A stretch of 63,514 bases of DNA, counting the filler, from Octopus bimaculoides (Eukaryota), in assembly GCF_001194135.2 (NCBI RefSeq). It is 6 parts of 6 records of this genome, joined end to end, with 100 filler letters (N's around TTAATTAATTAA, not from the genome) between each part and the next. Parts side by side here need not be neighbours in the genome. Positions count along the whole stretch, not along the records: positions 1 to 28,324 come from NC_068984.1; 5 more parts are not named here. One strand, 5' to 3'. The translations under genes and the position numbers were made by a program. The notes under the pieces are model-generated. The model searched no databases. It was not told the DNA's origin and saw only the letters and a program-made list of their open reading frames with translations. Below, one piece after another: positions 10,516 through 21,496 of the stretch. Every line of letters begins with the position of its first letter. Positions within the stretch are counted from its first letter, which is position 1.

Positions 10516-11295
10516 TGTGGTGGTATCAAAAAGTTCCCGGACTAGATATGTTTCATAAAAAATAGCTTATTTACCTAAGTGTTAACATCATCTCCATCGG
10601 GATAGTCATATTGCGCAGTAATACACCGATCCCAGCGTTCCTGCCACTTTTGGAATCTAGCCTGGAAGTCGTTTTCCGTAAGCGAATCGAGAACCTTCTC
10701 CGATTGGCTCTTGATCTGGACAACGGTATTAAAACGGTGACCTTTGAGCTGCATTTTCATCTTAGGGAAAGGATGGAAGTCCATAGGTGTTAAATCTGGC
10801 GAAGGGGGTGGATGCAGAAGCGATATCATGTTGCTTTGGGTGAGAAACTCGGTGACAAGTAGGTGCATTGTTGTCATGAAGATTCCAATTCTTCGCGCAC
10901 CACAGATCCTGTCACTTTCGTGGAATGTCCTTCCTCAAAAGCTTCAAAACATCGTAGTAGAACTCTCGATTGACCGTCTGGCCCTAGGTGGGAGCGAATT
11001 CTCGATGCACAATACCGTGGATGTCGTAAAAATGATGAGCATGCTCTTGATTGAGCTGCTGCTATGTCGTGCCTTTTGAAGCACCCGTGACACTCGAAAC
11101 ATTGCGTACAATCCATTGCCTCGTCGTTTTAAGCTTGCCAAAGCATGTTCGATATCTCTGCAGCAGACTTTCTCAAGTTTGGCGCAAGATTTCACGTTGG
11201 CTCTTTGGACCAGCTTCCTGTCCATGACAAAAATTGCAGACTATAGCATATACGTGATCACTAAAACAAATTTCAGAACTTTCTGTCCGAGGATG
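10516..11295 (-). mobile_element. internally deleted mariner (DD34D-like) element
   Basis: N-terminus MDRKLVQRANVKSCAKL and C-terminus HPPPSPDLTPMDFHPFPKMKMQLKGHRF...FQKWQERWDRCI (compare HPPYSPDLAP.D). Imperfect TIRs containing aaagttc, with TA at 10514-10515 and 11296-11297. Confidence 0.9.
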
Positions 11296-11297
11296 TA

Positions 11298-11950
11298 AGG
11301 CTAAGAGTTGTGGTGGAGGGTAGATCACCCATATGCTACGCATGTGGAGAGAAAGGCCACATGAAGGCGAGGTGCCTCCAGAGAGAACAACAGAAGGAAC
11401 AAACTGAGAAGCAGGAGAATGCCACCAAGTGGTACACGTCGAGGTAAAGGAGACAAGTACAGAAGAAGAATTCACGATAGTAAAAAGCAGAAAGAGAAGT
11501 GAAAGAGCAAGCTCTCCGCCAGAGAGGCAGAAAAAGAAAACAGAAGTAGAGAAAGAGATTGTGAAGAAAGTAAGAAGAGAGGAACGTGAAATGATGATTG
11601 ACAAGGAGATTGGAAAGGAGCTTGAAAAGGAGCTCAAGGAGGAGTTGCAGAAGGAGGAGACAACAGCAAAGACTTTGGTTATACTCTCACTTTCCTTTTC
11701 TAGTGAAGCTTGAAAAAGTTGATGAGGGTTTCGCCAAAGAGGAAGGTGCTTCTAATCTGGCCACTAAACAGATATACACTGCCCTTCTTTCCCAACCAAA
11801 GGAAGACGACGAGACATTCTTTACCGTTGACTCTGCCGATAGCGAGATATGTCCTGAATGGTGTTAGCGTATGCGGGCAGGCCAGGCTGAAAGCACCTCC
11901 GTGCCTTTAAAGTTTATTCCAAACCGGTATGCTTTCTAGTAGCACTACTA
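11298..11950 (+). mobile_element. L1/Tx1-type LINE ORF1 (gag-like) C-terminal fragment with a zinc knuckle
   Basis: RVVVEGRSPICYACGEKGHMKARC is an exact CX2CX4HX4C at 11334-11375. It is followed by the charged tail EEEFTIVKSRKRSERASSPPERQKKK. Confidence 0.8.
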
Positions 11951-11959
11951 AGCCAAAGA

Positions 11960-14720
11960 TTTCAACTCTACAAACTTAAACTATCCTGACTACAACGTAA
12001 CAAATTTCCTACTCTCACTCACATTCTACCAAATTTACTGTAGGACGACATCTCTCTTTCTCTCTTCTATTACTTTGCCTTGAAGTAAAACTTGAAAAAG
12101 TTTATGAGTACTTGCTGGAAGTGGTAAGTATGTATCTCAGCTCTTTCAGTCTAGCCCACCACACAATTTCTTTTGCCATTTCTACGAGACAAGAAAATGG
12201 CTTACTTTTCGTAGTTAAAGGAAGGTGCTGAGAGAAATCTTTACAATAGAGTCGGCTGAGAGCCAAATCCATAGCTTTCGTGACGATAGCTGTTCAACAA
12301 AATTCCACAACGGTGCGCATTCTCTACTGATGACTCCTGAAATCCAATGGCGTCTGGTATACGAAGTTTTCGAATAACTGCACGTACACAAGCAAGCTGT
12401 TTCCAAGTCTCTCGGTTCTCCATTTGTCAGGGATCGTCTTTTCTCAGTCTATTTCTGGTTGAGACTAGTCACCCTGCTCGCAACCTCGTCTCAGTAAAAA
12501 CATCTGTTCAGTGCGTTACGACACCGTCCGGTGACATGGACTGCCTTTCCACGGTGCTGAGCTGCAAGATCACTGACTTTTCAGGTTAGTCTTTCTCCCT
12601 ATCATATTTCCGTTGTATCCGACACTATTACAGTGACGTTGTTTGCACATAGTGATACGGCTCTCCTGCTCACCAGTCAGAGCGGGATGCTTCACAAACC
12701 CTTCAGTTTCTACTATAGTGGCTCGAAAACCAATGCGCTCAGAATAATTGAGAGAGAATATTTCTGACGTACTGAATGCTGGATTCGAAACGGTTCCAGT
12801 AAGTGAGCATTTATCCTGATCAATAAACGAATATCGCTGTGCATTGCAACGATCCATTCTCTTAAAACAGGGCCGAAACCGGCTGTCTTGAGGACAGTTA
12901 CCAAGTATTTGAGCCTGCCAGAAACTTTCGATTGATCAAAGGTCCCTATCAAAGCTAGCTTTACTATCTATCTTTTCTTTGATGTATGAAATAAATTGCG
13001 CATGTCTGTGCTTTCCCGGCAACACTCTTTACAAGAAGCTACCACCTTGGCCAAAATTTTTAAGACCGCATACCGCATTCATCAAAGTTAAGTTACAACC
13101 ACTTAATATGGTCATTATTTCAGTTTTTGTTATCAGCCTTCCGAAACACTCTGCATTTTCCGCCAGGGTAGGCACAATTGTCCACTACCGTCTCCTTCCC
13201 AATTACTCCGAAGAGTCGAGCGAATTGCTGCTATAAAACCGCACACAGCTGTTTGGAATCGAATGGCACCCGTTCGTCTCAATCCGTCAAAGATCGAATT
13301 GCAAATTTGTTGCCATGTCGCACTTCTGATCCCTCGAACGTCTTTCTTTCCTTCGTTTCCTAGTGCACGTGCCTTAGTTATAACAATGTAACATTCATGT
13401 TTCAGGTTGAAGAAATGATTGAAGGCCAAACTTTCAGCTAGCACGCTGGTCGCAACGTCTTTCCTAATCGCTTCTAATTTACTCACCAACTTACCCTTTG
13501 AATATTTCGCTCTACTGCTACTACTTAGCTAAAACTTAAAGAGCCTTTTCAACTTGCCTTCTTTAAAGAGCAGTAGCACAGGTTGTTAACGATTGTCTCC
13601 ACCGTCTGTCGTTTAATTAAAATGTTAATCTGCAGATTCTGAGCGTCGGGAAAGATGCATGTAGGTACTAGTTGTCAGATCTCCGTTCCATTCAACCTCA
13701 GAGTTTTCTGCATTAGGTGACCTTTTACTTTCCTTTGTCTGCTTTCCCTTGTTCATAAAGAAAGAAGAGTGATGTTTCTGCACGTATATGTGTTCGTGTC
13801 GTAATTCGTTGTGGAGTGGAGGTGGTGAGTAAATTAGGAAATTTACTTTTTGGTGGGTGACACGTCCTGTTATTGTTGATGTCAGAGCGGTTCCTGCGCT
13901 GTAGTGATGCTATTGTTGTTGTTACTTCTGCTGCTGCTTATAATGACTTTGTTCTTGTTTGTTATTATAGCTGTTGTTACTGTTGTGGTTGCATGCTGCT
14001 CTTGATGTTATTTTGGAGATGTCAGCAGCAGTGAGGGCTTTCTTTCTTTGAGACTTAACTATAGATAGAAAGTCCTTGCTGATTTAAAGTAACACATACG
14101 TTGCACCTTTGCAGTTTGCTCTCTGCCACCATGAAAAAAATCTTTCATCCGGCAAAATAATCAGGCTTGACATAGCTCCTGTTCTTTCTTGATCCAAATG
14201 GATCAAGAGATTCCTTCATATTCCCAACCAGTTCTCAAAATGTTGCTTGTGTACCTCTTATATTTTGTCTAATTTTCAATGTTTCCTAAAACAGCCTTCA
14301 TTAAGTAGATGGATTATTTCCACATTTCTTTAGAAAAGGCTATCGAGTAAATCTTTAATTTAGCTATGTAATTATTTATTTATTTAATATTTTTGGTCTT
14401 GATCTCAATGGGGAACCTAATATTGATCTGGTTTTAGTAGCTGTCGCGAGTAATGAATGATTTTTACTCAAAACGGATTTCAGGCAACTTCCTACTAAGA
14501 CTTGGCTTGATCTTTCTGCCTGTATAGCTTTCTTTTAAGTTGTTAGCTACGCATCAATAGGTTACTGTCAGCCTTCTCGTTTCCTCTCTTTTCTGGTTTA
14601 ATCACTCTGATTTTCCATCCTTACTTCCTCACAACTTTTTGCTTGCATTATGTCTTCCATTGGTATTTCATTTCTTTCTGATATCCACGCTGCACGGCCA
14701 AAAGACCCAGTTTGCAGCTC
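11960..14720 (-). mobile_element. degenerate L1/Tx1-clade LINE with ORF1 remnants and ORF2 RT plus C-terminus; endonuclease domain apparently deleted
   Basis: RT peptides FDQSK...YLVTVLKTAGFGPVLREWIVAMHSDIRLLIRINAHLLEPFRIQHSVRQKYSLSIILSALVFEPL (L1-type DQ.KAFDRV / SVRQGCPLSP). Also KARALGNEGKK, QQFARLFG and the C-terminal KEIVWWARLKEL. An ORF1-like IVKSQRK and a degenerate CNVC knuckle lie at 14.0-14.15 kb. Confidence 0.85.
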
Positions 14721-14729
14721 TGCTTAGCT

Positions 14730-15060
14730 GTAGCTTTTGCTGTTATTGCTGCTGCTTTCGGTACTGACGAACTCGATGGTCGATGGAGGTGAGGGAGATG
14801 ATTGGTACTGTGAGGGCATGTTTGTGCATCATGGGGTTGGTGCAGGCGGCAGTATTATTGTTGCTGTCGGTAGAACTACAGTTGTCTTTTTCTTTTTGAC
14901 ATTCATTTTTGTAGTTGTAGTTGCTTTTGTTGTTTATTGTTCGATGCACATTTGCTACTGCTGTTACATCTTCTACATGACTTGCCCTCCTTCCCCTCTG
15001 GACATCAGGTCTAGGAAATAGTTTTAACTGAAAAGGAAACACAGCTCCTCCTTCAAAAAA
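14730..15060 (-). mobile_element. low-complexity Asn/Gln/Thr-rich ORF1-like LINE fragment
   Basis: (AAC/CAG)-rich sequence like the Tx1 ORF1 linkers nearby, with a CRRC motif near 14970. No firm domain. Confidence 0.4.
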
Positions 15061-15235
15061 TTTTTGCCCGCTGCCTTTCAGATTTACTGCATAGTGTAAA
15101 TTTAAAAATTTATATAGCAGTATAATGTTTCAAATTTTTGCCAAATTTACTACTTCTAAAAACTTTCGAACTAATTTTATAGATCAGACAACAAACTTAC
15201 TAACCGTCTTTCTAATAATGCCAATAATAATATTT

Positions 15236-15574
15236 AAAATTTTGGCACAAGGTCAGCAATTTTGAGGGAGCTGCTAAGTCGATTACGGAATTTGAACTGA
15301 GAATGGTAAGACAGTCGAAATGCCGCTAAGCATTTTGCCCGGCATGCCAACGATTCTACCACCTCAGCGCCTTTTATAATAGTAACAATAATAATAATAA
15401 TGGTTTCAAATTTTGCCACAAGGGCAGCCATTTTGGTGTGGGGAATGAGTCAATTAAATCTAACCCACTGTTCCACTGGTACTTAATTTANNNNNNNNNN
15501 NNNNNNNNNNNNNNNNNNNNNNNNNNNNNNNNNNNNNNNNNNNNNNNNNNNNNNNNNNNNNNNNNNNNNNNNNN

Positions 15575-15650
<76 letters not shown>

Positions 15651-16000
15651 CCTTTCTACTAAAACCACAAGGCCTGAAATTTTGGGGGAGGGGAATAGTC
15701 GTTTATCGACCCCAGTGTTTCACTGGTACTTAATTTATTGACCCCGAAAGGATGAAAGGCAAAGTCGATCTCGCGGAATAATTATAATAACTATAATGTT
15801 TCAAATTTTTGGCACAAGGTTAGTAAGTTTAAGGATATGGATTTTAGTCGATCACATCAACCTCAGTACCTAACTGGCTCTATATTTTAGCAACGCCGAA
15901 AGGATGAAAGGCTAAGTTGATCTATGTGCAATTTGAACTCAGAGTGAAGTGTAGAAAGAAATGCCTCTAAGCATTTTTGTCCGACGCTCAAAAAGTTGTA
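15236..16000 (-). mobile_element. cluster of four or more SINE family A fragments separated by (TAA)n runs
   Basis: Repeated ttttggcacaagg...tttgaactgagaatg...ctaagcattttgcccgg...gccaacgattct and ccccgaaaggatgaaaggcaaagtcga, all in the same orientation. Confidence 0.85.
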
Positions 16001-16641
16001 TAGGGACATCAGCAACTGTAAGAAAGAAAAGAAGGAAGAAAGAGGAAGACAGAAGTCAGAGAGAGAAAGAAAGAGAAAGAGTGAGAGAGTGAATGACATA
16101 TATGATGACACAGCAACATCAAAGGAAGTTCAATAGCATTGGGAGAAAATATGAATAAACCATTCCGTGCAATCAAAGTGCACATAGGATTAGAAGAGAA
16201 AGAAAAAAAACGGTAATAGCACGACAAACGTGACTCAGCATAACTCACGAGGAACTAACCAACACAGTACAGATTTAAGGCAACTGGAAAGCTATTGCAA
16301 TTGGCAAAATTCGTTATTTCTCGCTGAAATGCCTTACTAGTATTCATACATGTATGAATGTTAGTTATAGTAGCTGGTCTTATGCAGTTATGACAGCATT
16401 CAATTGTTATTAAAACTGATCAGAATCGACATATCAAAACAGCATAGAAAACAATTCATTCCCACGAACTAAAGCACTAAGAGATGCTCCCACAAAATAA
16501 AGCTGCAGATGAGTAACATGATGCTAAGTACAAAGCTTGTAGATCTACACTCAAGCATGTTTTTACTCTAGAAAGCAGTCACTTATTTGAGAAGGGATAT
16601 TGTAAATGAATTTGTGGTTGTAAAGAGTCCTTTCACACACA

Positions 16642-16705
<64 letters not shown>

Positions 16706-16719
16706 TATATGTATATATT

Positions 16720-17100
16720 TTCCAGGTGGAGCTATTAAATTAAGCATGGCCTGGGCCAAAGCTGGTCAAACTTATCTAATCTAATAAAATGCTTAGAGGT
16801 GTTTCATCCTTTCGGGGTCCTGTCAGAGGGCAAGGTAATGTGGACTCTCTGGTGAATTGTGCAATCACTCTATTAACTGTAGAAAGCGGGATCCCAAAGG
16901 TTTCTGCCATTTTACGCTATGTCCACTTTCAGAATGGCCCACAATACGGCCTCTTTCAAATTCAGACAGTTCCAAGGCTTCTTTTCTACATGGCATGTTT
17001 AAACAGTCACATATAGAACCTGAAACATAAAATTGTCAATAAATAAAAAATATTAACCATTACAAGTTAGAATAAACATAAAACGATGTTTTATGGGGTG
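16720..17100 (-). mobile_element. Tc1-like transposase N-terminal fragment
   Basis: MPCRKEALELSEFERGRIVGHSESGHS / RKMAETFGIPLSTVNRVIAQF with one frameshift. ELS.FERG.IVG is the classic Tc1 paired-like HTH start. Confidence 0.85.
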
Positions 17101-17149
17101 TATATTTATTTCTGTCATGTCTGTTTGTATATATGTATATATATATATA

Positions 17150-17270
17150 TATATACGACGGGCTTCTTCCAGTTTCCGTTTAGCAATTTCACTCACAAGA
17201 CCTTTAATCACATGAACCCGAAATCATGTGATTGGGAAGGAAGTTTCTTACGATACAGCCACGCAATGAC
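17150..17270 (-). mobile_element. SINE family B head fragment with internal deletion
   Basis: acgacgggcttcttccagtttccg...cacaag joined to gaacccgaaatcatgtgattgggaagg...acagccacgc. Confidence 0.7.
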
Positions 17271-18062
17271 AATAATTTTACAATAGAGATCAGAAGTCGA
17301 AGGGTAGAGTTTTAAATAAATCAGATAATTCCAACCTAAATTTATATTTGAGAGCGAAATAAGTTTTGAAAATCCTTTCAACGATCTCGTTGCGTGTAAC
17401 ATTTTTCACTGATCNNNNNNNNNNNNNNNNNNNNNNNNNNNNNNNNNNNNNNNNNNNNNNNNNNNNNNNNNNNNNNNNNNNNNNNNNNNNNNNNNNNNNN
17501 NNNNNNNNNNNNNNNNNNNNNNNNNNNNNNNNNNNNNNNNNNNNNNNNNNNNNNNNNNNNNNNNNNNNNNNNNNNNNNNNNNNNNNNNNNNNNNNNNNNN
17601 NNNNNNNNNNNNNNNNNNNNNNNNNNNNNNNNNNNNNNNNNNNNNNNNNNNNNNNNNNNNNNNNNNNNNNNNNNNNNNNNNNNNNNNNNNNNNNNNNNNN
17701 NNNNNNNNNNNNNNNNNNNNNNNNNNNNNNNNNNNNNNNNNNNNNNNNNNNNNNNNNNNNNNNNNNNNNNNNNNNNNNNNNNNNNNNNNNNNNNNNNNNN
17801 NNNNNNNNNNNNNNNNNNNNNNNNNNNNNNNNNNNNNNNNNNNNNNNNNNNNNNNNNNNNNNNNNNNNNNNNNNNNNNNNNNNNNNNNNNNNNNNNNNNN
17901 NNNNNNNNNNNNNNNNNNNNNNNNNNNNNNNNNNNNNNNNNNNNNNNNNNNNNNNNNNNNNNNNNNNNNNNNNNNNNNNNNNNNNNNNNNNNNNNNNNNN
18001 NNNNNNNNNNNNNNNNNNNNNNNNNNNNNNNNNNNNATATTGTATTATTATATTATATATCT

Positions 18063-18275
18063 AAGGCAGCGAGCTGACAGAATCGTTACTGCGCCGGAAA
18101 AAATGCTTAGTGGCATTTCTTCTGCCTTAACATTCTGAGTTCAAATTGCGTGTAGATCAACTTTGCCTTTCATCCCTTTCGGTGTCGATGAAGTAAGTAT
18201 TAGTTGAACATTAGGGTCAATATAATTGACTTAACTCCTCCACCGAAATTGCTGGTCTTGTGCCAAAATTTGAAA
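18063..18275 (+). mobile_element. SINE family A
   Basis: aaggcagcgagctgacagaatcgtta...gagttcaaattg...gcctttcatcccttt. Confidence 0.85.
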
Positions 18276-18289
18276 ATAATATTGTATTA

Positions 18290-18700
18290 TATATTTACAT
18301 CTTCAGTGGTGTGCTTGGTATCATCGGGTGTTTTGGGTCTTTCAACATCATACACCCTCCTCCAGGTGACCCAACTGGGGCTGATCAGACCCCGGCTTCT
18401 GTCCAGATGGCCAACTAGCTATCCCATGGCTCTCCTCTTTTGATCCACAGCCACCTTGAAGCCCTCTCTGCCGCATCGGTGTTACTGCGGATGGCCTTCT
18501 TCCTTCTCACTCCCTCGATGCCCAAACTGCTGAAGGCTCTGGTCAGGTAACGGGCTGCGAAACCCCTGCATCCAACCTCCACTGGGAGACACCTCGCTCT
18601 CCAACCAGCTCGCTGGCAGTCACTGACCAGATCCGCGTACTTGGAGGCTTTCTCTCAAAAGCTTCTTCCAGGGGATCCTATTAACTGGATCACCGATATA
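18290..18700 (-). mobile_element. HERO-like RLE non-LTR retrotransposon 3' end (endonuclease C-terminus plus 3' UTR)
   Basis: EEAFERK / SKYADLVSDCQRAGWRARCLPVEVGCRGFAARYLTRAFSSLGIEGVRRKKAIRSNTDAAERASRWLWIKRGEPWDS*, with one frameshift. The 3' UTR contains gatgttgaaagacccaaaacacccgatga. Markedly GC-rich compared with its flanks. Confidence 0.85.
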
Positions 18701-18994
18701 TGAGCAAGGAAACACATCAACGCCAAATACATAAAGTAATGACAAATTATTTAATATCATTTAAACTGGACCTGATAACAATCTCTGAAGTTGCAGCTAT
18801 ATCTTTTATTATTATTTTTGTCGGGTGTGTGAATGTATAATTATCTAGAGATAGATACGAAGAGAGTGAATATGCACGTGTGCGCATATTTGAACTTATA
18901 CTATCTTTCGTAGATGTGTAGACCCGTATGTATGTATGTATGTATGTATGTATGTATGTATGTATGTGTGTATGTATGTATGTATATATGTATG

Positions 18995-19108
18995 CTATCA
19001 ATCAGTTTCATTTCTGTATTTCTTGTCCATGGAGAAAGAGCCGGACTCTAACATAGATTCAAGGCTCCTTCATTGGAACTTTTATCAACATCATCTAGGT
19101 ATTTGTGC

Positions 19109-19142
<34 letters not shown>

Positions 19143-19478
19143 TTTGGTGTTAGTGTATGCGCAAATCTGTATGTTTGTTTTATGGATGCGTTTTATGCAT
19201 ATATTTTCATGTCTAGATGCATGCACATGTATTTATGTGCTAAATTTTTGGAAAGTTTTACATATCTTTACAGTTCCATTGATGGCTTGAATCTGTAGTC
19301 TTCTAATCAGCCTTTTTCTTTCAGGTTTTGAGAACCCTAATTTTTCCAGGTTTTTGTTGAGGCAGTTCGTTACATATCCCAATGCCCCAACAATCACGGG
19401 TATGAATCTGAACTTGTAGTCTGGGTGGAGTATCTGCAAATTTCTCAGTAGCTCGGCGTAGTTATTCTCTTGCGTTTG
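18995..19478 (-). mobile_element. 5'-truncated RLE LINE (R4/Dong-like) 3' end embedded in (TACA)n
   Basis: ENNYAELLRNLQILHPDYKFRFIPVIVGALGYVTNCLNKNLEKLGFSKPERKRLIRRLQIQAINGTVKICKTFQKF: the K..Y..L and P.IVGALG motifs of the RLE domain. (TGTA)n arrays lie on both sides. Confidence 0.85.
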
Positions 19479-20204
19479 TATGTATGTATGTATGTATGTA
19501 TGTATGTATGTATGTATGTATGTTTGGTTAATGAGTGAGACGGAAGATGGAAGATATGAGCATTTTTATTAATCACTACAACTGTTTTGAACCGTCTAGT
19601 ATAGATCCATCTTTCGTTTCTCTCATTAACCAAATACACTGTGAACACTCTGAAAGTGAACGTGCATAACTGGATGGAAAGCTACCAGGTATAGACCATA
19701 CGATTTATCAACTTATATATANNNNNNNNNNNNNNNNNNNNNNNNNNNNNNNNNNNNNNNNNNNNNNNNNNNNNNNNNNNNNNNNNNNNNNNNNNNNNNN
19801 NNNNNNNNNNNNNNNNNNNNNNNNNNNNNNNNNNNNNNNNNNNNNNNNNNNNNNNNNNNNNNNNNNNNNNNNNNNNNNNNNNNNNNNNNNNNNNNNNNNN
19901 NNNNNNNNNNNNNNNNNNNNNNNNNNNNNNNNNNNNNNNNNNNNNNNNNNNNNNNNNNNNNNNNNNNNNNNNNNNNNNNNNNNNNNNNNNNNNNNNNNNN
20001 NNNNNNNNNNNNNNNNNNNNNNNNNNNNNNNNNNNNNNNNNNNNNNNNNNNNNNNNNNNNNNNNNNNNNNNNNNNNNNNNNNNNNNNNNNNNNNNNNNNN
20101 NNNNNNNNNNNNNNNNNNNNNNNNNNNNNNNNNNNNNNNNNNNNNNNNNNNNNNNNNNNNNNNCTGTCATCTAAATTACAGATAAATGAAAATAACACTG
20201 ACGT

Positions 20205-20755
20205 CTCATTTTAACAGATGTGGTCATTACATTTTAAGTGATGTGGTCGCAGAAATTGTCTGACAGCCATGACTGGGTTCTCCTGCTTGTATGCCGTAGT
20301 GCAGAGTCCTGTTGTCAGACATAGGGTCTTCCAGCAGCCACCCTCTTGACCCAGGGCAGCACTACCTCCTCTAGGCACTTGATGTAGGCCTCCATGTTGA
20401 GTCTGAGGCCGTGTAGAAAGATGAATGGAGGCATAACGTTGCCACCACTAGTGATCACTCTAAACACCATGATGTTGACAGGATGTTTGATTTTTATCAC
20501 TCTCGGTACATGTCCTCAGATTAACACCCAAACACTCAGAAATGTTCATATTGGAGCTTCCGACGCGAATGCCAAGCTGTACAGCATATCGTTTCCAAAT
20601 TTCTAGGAGAGTGAATTACGTCACGGCAGTGTTTTTCTCACAGACGGTGCGCAACTGACCCAACTATACTGTGTAGTCGACAAAATCAAAACAAACAATA
20701 CACATACGCGAAATAAAAAGTATAAAATGGCAACAATTTACCCATCACACCCTGT
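20205..20755 (-). mobile_element. internally deleted Tc1/mariner DD37D (maT-like) element
   Basis: 5' TIR ta|cagggtgtgatgggtaaattgttgcc. N-terminus EIWKRYAVQLGIRVGSSNMNISECLGVNL is fused to KHPVNIMVFRVITSGGNVMPPFIFLHGLRLNMEAYIKCLEEVVLPWVKRVAAGRPYV*QQDSALRHTSRRTQSWLSDNFCDHIT. Confidence 0.88.
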
Positions 20756-20773
20756 ATACACACACACACACAC

Positions 20774-20802
<29 letters not shown>

Positions 20803-20804
<2 letters not shown>

Positions 20805-20985
20805 AGGAGTTGATGAAAAGTTCCTCGCTTTGAGTAAAAGAAATTACAGGAGGATCGGTTAATTTATGATTTTATTCAACATATTTTCCTCTCAGATTCA
20901 CGCACTTATTGCAGTAGTCATTCAGTTTTTCTAAGCCATGCCTAGTGATACCCTTGAACCCAGGAACTTTCCAGTACCCCATCGT
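20803..20985. mobile_element. mariner-derived MITE
   Basis: Left ggagttgatgaaaagttcctcgc and right ccaggaactttccagtaccccatcgta form imperfect inverted repeats resembling mariner TIRs. Confidence 0.7.
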
Positions 20986-21468
20986 ATACACATATGCGGA
21001 CTGGCGTGGGAAAATAATTGGAAGATGTGAAAAATTTGACGATATTTGGTCAACAACTGATGAGGGTTTGAGAATTTTCTTTGATTTGTAGCAGTTTGAG
21101 AGTTGATCTTCCCTTCTTTTCTGTAGATATTCTAACTACAAGATTTTTCGTTCTTTCTTTCATTCTTTCTTTTTCTTTCTTTCTTTCTTTCTTTATTTAT
21201 TTCGCTGATAAAATAAAAATGATGGTCTTCTACTATAAAAAGATTATGTAGTTGTGCTGTAAAACATCCAATCAAAGGATACGAGTAAATAATAATGGAT
21301 TGAATTTCTATTTCCTTCCCAAAACCTGATATTTCAATATCATTATATAATCGTCCACGTAACGATTACGATTACCGCGTAACTTACTAGCATTCGGTAG
21401 TGAAACACGTGTGAAGATTATGTAATTTATAACGATATAATAAAAAAGAACAACTTAAACTAACTCAC

Positions 21469-21496
21469 CAGTTTTATTGGATATAGACTCGGTAAA
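21469..21496 (-). CDS. weak candidate 28-nt exon
   Basis: catttaaatag| tttaccgagtctatatccaataaaactg |gtgagt. Strong donor; the phase 0-1 frame reads FTESISNKT. Confidence 0.12.
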
